Made by a program: the position numbers and the translations under genes. Positions 57,013 to 64,000 of a stretch of DNA of 64,000 nucleotides are shown here, one piece after another. The notes under the pieces are model-generated. The model was given only the letters and a program-made list of their open reading frames with translations, had not been told where the DNA came from and searched no databases. Each line of letters begins with the position of its first letter. The stretch's first letter is position 1. This DNA comes from an uncultured delta proteobacterium (lineage in GTDB: Bacteria > Myxococcota_A > Polyangia > Polyangiales > Polyangiaceae), in the NCBI GenBank assembly GCA_963841435.1, contig CAWJCS010000005.1, positions 672,001-736,000 of the forward strand. The letters are read 5' to 3'.

Positions 57013-58387
57013 CTTTTCCGCAGGTCCAGATTCCATCTGAGAGGGCTACGTCGTTACCCAGCATGCTTACCTCGCGCAATGTTTCGGGACCGTTGCCAAT
57101 AAGGTTCACGTTTTTCAAAGGTGCAGTCAGTTGTCCGTTCTCGATGAGATAGCTCTCCGTGAGCGAGAACACGAAGTCCCCATTCGAGATATCCACCTGA
57201 CCGCCGCCGAACGTACGCGCGTAGATCCCACGAGAAACACTCTTAATGATGTCTTCCGGCGCTTCGGTCCCGGCCAGTAAGACGGTATTGGTCATGCGGG
57301 GCATGGGAGCGCAGGCGAAGCTTTCGCGTCGGCCGTTGCCGGTCGGACCCACGTGGAAGTGCCGCGCTGACAATCGATCCTGCAAGTACCCGAGCAGCCG
57401 ACCGTTTTCGATGAGGACGGTGCGCTCGGGTGTCACGCCTTCGTCATCGACGTTGATCGAGCCGCGGCTCTGCAAAAACGTGGGGTCGTCAACGACGGTA
57501 CAGAGCCCGCTCGCGACGAGCTCGCCGACCTGGCCGCTGTAGTTGCTCGTGCCCTTGCGGTTGAAGTCGGCTTCGAGCCCGTGACCCACGGCCTCGTGGA
57601 GGAGGATGCCGCTGTCTCCGGGGCTCAATACCACGGGCATTTGCCCGGCTGGCGCGGGGCGGGCGTCGAGCAGGACCAGGGCTTGGCGCGCCGCCTCCGC
57701 CGCATGCATCTCGGGGGTCTTGTCGTCGAAGTACGCGAGGGTCTTTCGCCCCCCGCCCCCGCTGCGGCCCGACTCGCGACGCCCCCCCTGCTCGGCCACG
57801 GCCGACACACCGAAGCGAAGCAGCGGCTGCACGTCGTACGCCGAACGCCCGTCGCTCGTGATCACGAGGATCTCGCGAATCTCTTCGGCGAAGGTGACGC
57901 TCACCTTGACGATGCGCGGGTCGAAGGCGTGGGCGGCTCGGCTCGCGCGCTCGAGCAAGGCGCGCTTCTCGAGGCCGGCGACGTCGATGCTCGGGACGTC
58001 GAGCCCGTAGCGATCGGGCAGCGTGAGGGGTTCGATCGCGACGGGCTCGAGCGTGGCGCCCGAGCTCGCGATGCGAGCTGCCGTTTCGGCGGCGCGCTGC
58101 ATCGACTCCCACTCGAGATCCTCCACGTGGGCGTAGCCCGTGGCGTCGCCCTTTTGTACGCGCACGCCGAGACCCAGGCTCACGCCGCGCGACGCGCTAC
58201 GCGTGATGCCCTCCTCGAAGGTGAGCCCGCCGCCGGCCCGGTACTCGAAGAACAGATCCGCGTACTCGCCGCCGCGCGAGAGGGCGATGCCGAGCAGTCG
58301 GGTGGCGAGGTCGTCGCCGATGGAGTGGCTTCCACCGGCACCGAACGGGGCGAAATAGCGCGAGGAGCGGGTCACGACTCCAAGCAT
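56927..58387 (-). CDS. tldD: TldD metalloprotease
   Basis: GLGVRV, LLHEAVGHGLEAD, DDEG, TGNGRRES, PMPRMTNT, GGQV, CGKDGQ. Confidence 0.95.
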   Translation of the reverse strand: MLGVVTRSSRYFAPFGAGGSHSIGDDLATRLLGIALSRGGEYADLFFEYRAGGGLTFEEGITRSASRGVSLGLGVRVQKGDATGYAHVEDLEWESMQRAAETAARIASSGATLEPVAIEPLTLPDRYGLDVPSIDVAGLEKRALLERASRAAHAFDPRIVKVSVTFAEEIREILVITSDGRSAYDVQPLLRFGVSAVAEQGGRRESGRSGGGGRKTLAYFDDKTPEMHAAEAARQALVLLDARPAPAGQMPVVLSPGDSGILLHEAVGHGLEADFNRKGTSNYSGQVGELVASGLCTVVDDPTFLQSRGSINVDDEGVTPERTVLIENGRLLGYLQDRLSARHFHVGPTGNGRRESFACAPMPRMTNTVLLAGTEAPEDIIKSVSRGIYARTFGGGQVDISNGDFVFSLTESYLIENGQLTAPLKNVNLIGNGPETLREVSMLGNDVALSDGIWTCGKDGQSVPVGVGCPTLKIGRITVGGTEITR

Positions 58388-58418
58388 AAGGCCGGAGGCC
58401 CCGCGCCGCGAGTGTGGG

Positions 58419-60128
58419 TCAGCCGGGCTGTCTCAGCTCGACGACGAGGGGCGCGGGGGAGGGGAACGCGGGCTCGTCAACCTTCGGGGCCACGATCGAC
58501 TCGAGCCACGCGAGATGGGGCCGGATGCGATACCAGATGCTCCGTTCGGGCGTCCGGAAGGCCTCGAACTGCCAGGTTTGCAAGAGCGGCCGGCCGGGAT
58601 TGCCCGCGAGAACGATGGGCTGCCCCGTGAGCGGATCGGTCTCGTACACGAAGAACGAGTGAAAGTGCATGATCCGCGGCTTCCAGGGCTTGTCCCAGGG
58701 CGCGTAGCCGCGAATGAGAACGACGTCCCCGACTTGGAAACGGTCGGCCTCGCTCACGAGGGAGTCGGAGAGGCGTCGCGGGAACTTGAACGGCACGCGG
58801 TCGGCCTCGGGCACCTCGTAGAAATCGAACGACTCTGGATGGGCGCGTGCGTAATCGACGACGCTCGTTGCCCGACGCATGGTCTGGTCCTCGAGGGTTT
58901 TGAAGTCGAGACGACCGACGACGCGCTCGCGAGGAGCGCCACGGCGCCGCCACCAAGTACCACTCGCGCGCTCGAAAGTGTCGAAAACGAAGTCGACGCA
59001 CACTTCCGGAACGAGCGGCTGCCCGGCGTACCCGAACACCTGGTAGCGGTCCTTGTTGAACACGTAGTCGTTCTGACCGGCGTCGTAGGCCATGCGCCAG
59101 CGCGGGCGGAGCTTGCCGTCTTGCTGACCGTACTCGGTCAGGGGCTCGTCGAACGGCAGACCGTCGGCGATGCCGTCGGCGATGGCGCTCCGAAGCCCTG
59201 AAAGCACGGGCTTTCTGCGTTCGTGCTCGGCGCGAACGGCCGTGACGACCGAGGCGGCTTCGGCGCTCGGCGCCTCGCACTCGAGCTCGAGGTGTGCCCC
59301 CTGGGAGCGCAGCAGCGTACGGACCCAAACGCTCCGATAGCGCAGATCGGCGACGATGGCGTGCTCGCCCAGCCACACGAGCTTCGCGCGGTCGAAGCCG
59401 AGCCGCTCGCGCAACGCCCGGAAGTCGCGGTGCAGCGGCGGGGCCGGCGTACCGGTGCCGATGCGATCGAAGAGCAGGAGCTTGACGGGCTGACCCCGCT
59501 CGGGCCCGTCGGCGTACTCGTACTTGCCTGCCTTCGTGCGCACGGCCGTCAAGGTTCGCTCGCCGCGCTGGATCCAGATTTCCCTATCGCTGAAGAGCTG
59601 CTGCGCGGCGACGAGATCGACGAGCGCGAACGCGAGCTCCGGTTTTTCGGCGTAGAGGTACCCTTCACGCAGGAGCACCGAGCGACCGAGCTCCGGATTC
59701 GCGGAGAACACGCCCCAGAGGCGCTGCAGGTTGCTCCAGGGCGAGCCCGTCGTCGCTAGCAGCTGGCGATAGGCCTCGGACACGGCCCCACTGTGGGCGG
59801 GGGGCAGCGGTGTCCGCACGAACGCCGTGGGCTCGGCCTTCGTGTAAAGCAGCACGACGGCGCGGTTCTTGTCGAGTTTTGGCGTACCGGGCAGCGGGTG
59901 CTCCGCCAGCGCTTGCGCGAGCTGTCGCTCGCAGCTCAACGCGGGCGGGAGGAAATCCTCGGGTGGCTCCGGCGTGGGCGTATCGCGCAGCGGCGCCGGC
60001 ACGCGCGCGGCGAGCGGCGATGTTAGGCTCTCGGGAAACGCGCGCGCCGGCTCCGACCGCCCGCCGGTAACGGCGACCGCAGCGATGCCCCAGAACAGGG
60101 CGTGCACGAGCTGGAGGGGAGTGCGCAT
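58419..60128 (-). CDS. Exported hypothetical protein with putative C-terminal CHAP/NlpC-P60-like domain
   Basis: N-terminal signal-like segment; EVCVDFV, GDVVL, HFHSFFV, AGN in canonical order. Confidence 0.65.
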   Translation of the reverse strand: MRTPLQLVHALFWGIAAVAVTGGRSEPARAFPESLTSPLAARVPAPLRDTPTPEPPEDFLPPALSCERQLAQALAEHPLPGTPKLDKNRAVVLLYTKAEPTAFVRTPLPPAHSGAVSEAYRQLLATTGSPWSNLQRLWGVFSANPELGRSVLLREGYLYAEKPELAFALVDLVAAQQLFSDREIWIQRGERTLTAVRTKAGKYEYADGPERGQPVKLLLFDRIGTGTPAPPLHRDFRALRERLGFDRAKLVWLGEHAIVADLRYRSVWVRTLLRSQGAHLELECEAPSAEAASVVTAVRAEHERRKPVLSGLRSAIADGIADGLPFDEPLTEYGQQDGKLRPRWRMAYDAGQNDYVFNKDRYQVFGYAGQPLVPEVCVDFVFDTFERASGTWWRRRGAPRERVVGRLDFKTLEDQTMRRATSVVDYARAHPESFDFYEVPEADRVPFKFPRRLSDSLVSEADRFQVGDVVLIRGYAPWDKPWKPRIMHFHSFFVYETDPLTGQPIVLAGNPGRPLLQTWQFEAFRTPERSIWYRIRPHLAWLESIVAPKVDEPAFPSPAPLVVELRQPG

Positions 60129-60244
60129 GAAACCGCGAGGAGGGCGGTATTCGCCCCCATGCTACAAAGTGTGCGGCCCGAGAGGCCTCGGCGCAAGCAT
60201 TGCGCCCGCTCGGGTGTCGTCCCGAGACCTACACCGCGGGCTCG

Positions 60245-62302
60245 CTAGTCGACGAGCTTCGAGAGCAGCCGGACGTAGGACGCCTGGTAGTAGATGGCAG
60301 GCTCGGTGAGCTCCCAGGACTTGTCGTACGGGTTCGACGGCTCGTAGCTCGTGTTCGAGTCGAGATAGGCCTTCTCGGGCGGCTGATCGCGGACGGGAGA
60401 CTTCGCGCAGGCGTGCTCCTTCGGGTCCTGACCCTCGCAGTAGCTCTTGTTGGGGCCGCCCGTGACGTAGCCTGGCGCGGGACCGAGCTCGGAGGTGCGC
60501 GCGTTGTCCCACTTGGGGTCCTTGTCGCGAAACCACGTGTGATACGCCTCGTCGGCGCAGGCGTCGCCACCCACGGCGTACATGTTCGTGAGGTAGACGA
60601 GCTGCATCGGGTTGACGCCGTGGAACGAGCTCACGATGCCGGCGACCCGCTCCTCGATGCTCGCACGCGCCGCCGGCTCGACGAGCCCGTGCTGGACGAG
60701 ATCGTAGTTGGTGTTGCCGAAAGCCGCCCGCGCGTTGTTGCTACCCCAGTGGTAGGAGTCCTTTCGCATGTATGCACGGTAGAGATCGAGCTCCGGGCGA
60801 AACCCGTAAATCTCGACACTCGCCGCCTGGGCCTTCTTGCGCTCGACGATGGCCTTCTTGGTGGCGGGGTCGGCCTTCGGAAGATCTGCGTAGTAGAGCA
60901 GGGCGTCGCCCTGGCTCTGGTCATAGACGGACCAGCGGTCGTCTTGGAACGGGCGCGTCTCGGTGAAGTGGGCGTTCACGTAGTCGCCGTAGGCGGCGTC
61001 ACCCGTGAGCGCGAACAGGTACACGGCAGAGGCGACGGCAGCCTGGTCTTGCTCCTTCTGCGAGCGGTCGGCGTCGCCCGACTTGATGGTGCCGTCGTCG
61101 CAGGCGTCGCTCTTCGGATGGGTCTGGTAGTACTGCCAGGCGCTCTTCGCGCGCGCGACGAGCTTCGGGACCTCGGCCTTGAAGCGCGGGAACCGCTCGA
61201 GGACGAGCGCGGCGTGAGCGAGCTCCCCCGCCATGACGATGGTCGAGGAGGAGCAGGGCTCCGGGTAGTAGTAGCGCAGGAATTTGCTCTGATCGGGCAC
61301 GGGATCGCCATACTCGACGTTGCCCATCTTGATGAGCGCACCGCCCTTCAGGTCGGCGGGCTGCATCTTCTTCAGCCACTCGAGCTCGACCACGATTTCG
61401 TCGATGAGGTCGGGCAGCCCGTTGCCGGATTCGGGGATGCCGAAGTCGTCGCCGAAGGTCTTCGGACGCTCCTCGTAGGCCGTGAGAAGCTGGTGAAACG
61501 CGTCGTTCGAGAAGGTCACGTACTTGTCGGTGTCGCCGGCGTCCCACCAGCCGCCGCTGAGGTCGCGCGCGGTCTTCGGGTTTTCGCGATCGGTAACACT
61601 GCGCGCCTCGCGGTCCTGGCCCTTGCCGACGTAGTCCGCGCCGAGCGACCAGCAGCGCTTCCCGACGCACGAATACGGCGGCTTCTTCGCGAAGTTCGCG
61701 CGATTGAAGTAGAAGGCCTTGAATGCGCTGACGAGCACGCTCCTGTAGACGTTCGCGGCGATCTCGAAGGGGTGGGAGCGGACGGCGTTCTTCGAGTCGA
61801 ACACGTAGTAGAGGCCCGGCTCCTTCAGGCTCGAGAAGTCGAACCAGGCGCCGCGATCGCCCGCCGTGTCGTCGAGCGCACCGCCGTTCCAGGGCGTGCT
61901 CGGCGCGTGGAAGACGACCGCGCCGTCCGACCACTTGCGAACCTCGAGCTCGGGGCCCGGCGAGTACGCGTCGGCCGCGTTCCAGCCGACCTCGGGGTTC
62001 ACGAGCACGGCGACCTTCTTCATCTCGGGCCGGTAGCCGAACTGATCGACGACGATGTAGCGCTGCAAGGTCACGGCGAGGCCCTGGCCGGGCGGCGGCG
62101 AAACGGGAGGCGGACCCTTGGGCGCTGCCGGATACGGAAACGACGCTCTCGTCGAAGGGGCTCTAGCCGTGGGCGCGGGGCTCGGGGTCGCGGCGGGCGG
62201 CGGGGCGGCGGGCGCGGCCGCGGGCTCGGGCGCCATGCAGCCGGAAAGCACGAGCGGCGGCAGCAGCCGGGCGACGAACGGCAGACGGAGGGAACGGGAC
62301 AT
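60245..62302 (-). CDS. GH9 glycoside hydrolase lipoprotein with N-terminal CelD-like Ig domain
   Basis: VLSG-C lipobox; VDQFGY.P..KK.A, FDFS...EPG.Y, DLSGGWWDAGD, GVNP, GGPN, TEPAIYYQA. Confidence 0.92.
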   Translation of the reverse strand: MSRSLRLPFVARLLPPLVLSGCMAPEPAAAPAAPPPAATPSPAPTARAPSTRASFPYPAAPKGPPPVSPPPGQGLAVTLQRYIVVDQFGYRPEMKKVAVLVNPEVGWNAADAYSPGPELEVRKWSDGAVVFHAPSTPWNGGALDDTAGDRGAWFDFSSLKEPGLYYVFDSKNAVRSHPFEIAANVYRSVLVSAFKAFYFNRANFAKKPPYSCVGKRCWSLGADYVGKGQDREARSVTDRENPKTARDLSGGWWDAGDTDKYVTFSNDAFHQLLTAYEERPKTFGDDFGIPESGNGLPDLIDEIVVELEWLKKMQPADLKGGALIKMGNVEYGDPVPDQSKFLRYYYPEPCSSSTIVMAGELAHAALVLERFPRFKAEVPKLVARAKSAWQYYQTHPKSDACDDGTIKSGDADRSQKEQDQAAVASAVYLFALTGDAAYGDYVNAHFTETRPFQDDRWSVYDQSQGDALLYYADLPKADPATKKAIVERKKAQAASVEIYGFRPELDLYRAYMRKDSYHWGSNNARAAFGNTNYDLVQHGLVEPAARASIEERVAGIVSSFHGVNPMQLVYLTNMYAVGGDACADEAYHTWFRDKDPKWDNARTSELGPAPGYVTGGPNKSYCEGQDPKEHACAKSPVRDQPPEKAYLDSNTSYEPSNPYDKSWELTEPAIYYQASYVRLLSKLVD

Positions 62303-62387
62303 CGGCTCTCCTGGCTGGGGAAGATAGGGGCGCGCAGGATAGCCCAGGAGTCCGGTGCGCTCGCAAGCGTCGAGGCCGTGGCCGCGC

Positions 62388-62999
62388 TCAGAGCCCGATG
62401 CGCACGGCAACGCCGACGTCGAGCGAAGGCTCGGGGCGATCGTGCGTCACCCAGACCATGGGCTCGAGGAGCATCAGCTCGAGCACGGCGCTGTCGCTGA
62501 TGACGCAATCGATGCCCGCCGAGAGTCGCAGCGTGGGCCCGTTCCTGGGCAGGAAGCCGGCCCCGAAGCGCAGCGGCACGCCGAGCGCCGGACCCGGCAG
62601 GGGCAGGCGGTAGAAGAACGACACCTCGGGCAGCACGTTGTGCGCGCGACCTTCCTTGCCGCGCAGATTCGCGTACGAGACACCCAGCTCGAAGGCGCCG
62701 CGCGGCGTCCACGCGAACCCGAAGCGCGCACCGACGAGCTCGTTCACGAACTTCCCGCCGCGCAGCCCGAACGCCGTCGTCTCGGTAGGGACGAGCTGGT
62801 AGCGAGCCTCCATGCCGGTACCGCTCGCGGCGGGAGGAGCTTCCGGCGCCGTGGCAGCGGGAGGCGAAGGCTCGGCCGCGGCGACCCTGGGTGGCGCCGG
62901 CGAAGAGGCCGCGGCAGGAGGCGGCGCGGACTGAGCGAGAGCGCGCGCCGGAGCAAGCGCGAGCAGGAGCACGAGGGGCGTGACACGGCGACGAGTCAT
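62388..62999 (-). CDS. Putative small outer-membrane beta-barrel protein
   Basis: Signal peptide (ARALA), Pro/Ala linker, about 8 amphipathic strands ending DVGVAVRIGL. Confidence 0.65.
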   Translation of the reverse strand: MTRRRVTPLVLLLALAPARALAQSAPPPAAASSPAPPRVAAAEPSPPAATAPEAPPAASGTGMEARYQLVPTETTAFGLRGGKFVNELVGARFGFAWTPRGAFELGVSYANLRGKEGRAHNVLPEVSFFYRLPLPGPALGVPLRFGAGFLPRNGPTLRLSAGIDCVISDSAVLELMLLEPMVWVTHDRPEPSLDVGVAVRIGL

Positions 63000-64000
63000 G
63001 GTGCGTGTGCGGGGGCGGCGCCTCCGGCAGAGAGCGCCGCCTCGGCAGCGGCGAGCAGCATCCTCGCATAGCTCGGGTTGTGGACGTCGGCGGCGGGATC
63101 CTCGAGCACGAGCTTCACGTCGCGAAGAGCGCGCCCAAGCGCGACGTCGGGCGGGCGGGCGGCACCCGTCGCGTGCGGCGGCTCGCCGTTCCGGGGTGTT
63201 TGGCGTGGAGCGCCGAGCCGTTCAGCGAGGTCGCGCGCGCGGGCCGCGAGCGTCCGGTCCCGCGCGGGAGGTGCAGCGTGGCACGCGGCGCACGCGGCGG
63301 TTCCGGCGGCGAACGCATGGTTCGCACCGCGGCCGAGACCTTCGGGGCCTTCCGCGTGACACGAGAGGCAGCCCTGCGAGGCCGAGGCGTGGGGTGCGGT
63401 ACCTGAAAGCGCCTCGCCCGTCTTGGGATCGACTCCGCCGCGGCCGAGCATGAGCGCCGCAGCGCTTGCCTCCGGCGGGCCCTCGGCGTCGGCGGGCGCG
63501 TGGCAATTGAGGCAGACCCGACTCGCCCCGGCGAGGCCCTCGGGCAGCGCACCAAGCGCGGCCGGAACGGGGAGCGCCCGGAGAAGAGACGGGCGCACGC
63601 CGGACGTCGAGCTCCGCTCGGTCTCGTGGGGGTGCACGTCGTGGCACGTGGCGCAGCCTAGACCGAGCGTCGTGTCGTCGGGCGGGCGGTGGGAATCACG
63701 ACCGAGCGCACCGAACGTCGTGTGACAGCGCGCGCACGGCGCCGCGCGAGTCCGCGGGTCGTGATCGGCTGTCGCCATCCTCGAGGCTTCGAGCGCGCGA
63801 ACGTGGCCGTAGCTCGGAGGCGCGTCGTGGCACACCGCGCAGACGCCACGGCCGAGCAGCGCGAAGCGCGAGCTCTGGTCGGGTATGGCGCTCGGGCCGT
63901 GACACGCGAGGCAGCCCACGCCACCGAGCCGTCGGAGCGCCCGCGGCAAGTCGGAAAACGCGTGCGGTGGCGCGAGGTCGAGCTCGTCCTTGACCTGCTG
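62996..64000 (-). CDS. Multiheme c-type cytochrome (5' partial)
   Basis: Seven CxxCH motifs (CLACH, CAVCH, CARCH, CATCH, CLNCH, CLSCH, CAACH); frame open to the window edge. Confidence 0.9.
   Translation of the reverse strand, partial: QQVKDELDLAPPHAFSDLPRALRRLGGVGCLACHGPSAIPDQSSRFALLGRGVCAVCHDAPPSYGHVRALEASRMATADHDPRTRAAPCARCHTTFGALGRDSHRPPDDTTLGLGCATCHDVHPHETERSSTSGVRPSLLRALPVPAALGALPEGLAGASRVCLNCHAPADAEGPPEASAAALMLGRGGVDPKTGEALSGTAPHASASQGCLSCHAEGPEGLGRGANHAFAAGTAACAACHAAPPARDRTLAARARDLAERLGAPRQTPRNGEPPHATGAARPPDVALGRALRDVKLVLEDPAADVHNPSYARMLLAAAEAALSAGGAAPAHAP

Noticed and set aside
56927-58387. TldD as part of a RiPP (microcin-like) cluster
   Set aside because: No precursor peptide, YcaO or transporter is nearby; the context is housekeeping

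Overview
High-GC chromosomal window from a myxobacterium, most consistent with Polyangiaceae/Sorangiineae. That assignment is inferred from gene families: Myxococcus Cys-rich repeats, a fibro-slime protein, a myxosortase-like protease, a MXAN_5808-like S41 protease, ECF cassettes and a eukaryote-type kinase. About 51 CDS and 2 tRNAs (Val-GAC, Ala-GGC) are present. I saw no CRISPR array, rRNA, integrase or transposase. Housekeeping genes include yajC-secD-secF, recJ, thrS-infC, psd, tatA, nadC-birA, pdxJ-nnr, pdxA, tldD, mgtE and mlaD/mlaF. The most interesting elements are: (1) a bacterial protein with a eukaryote-type PHAX RNA-binding motif whose Shine-Dalgarno sits in a hairpin; (2) a four-gene outer-membrane barrel / ECF sigma / membrane anti-sigma / GH8 lipoprotein cassette resembling TonB-receptor-free cell-surface signalling, followed by a second ECF with a consensus sigma54 promoter; (3) a large exported protein with a cryptic CHAP/NlpC-P60-like motif set; (4) a multiheme cytochrome coupled to a beta-barrel gene; (5) an alkyl-DHAP-synthase-like oxidase with a second degenerate FAD domain; (6) a GlnR-like pseudo-receiver regulator that must overlap tldD. 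About seven genes carry small frameshifts, most likely long-read assembly errors. All family assignments come from motif recognition by eye; no searches were run.
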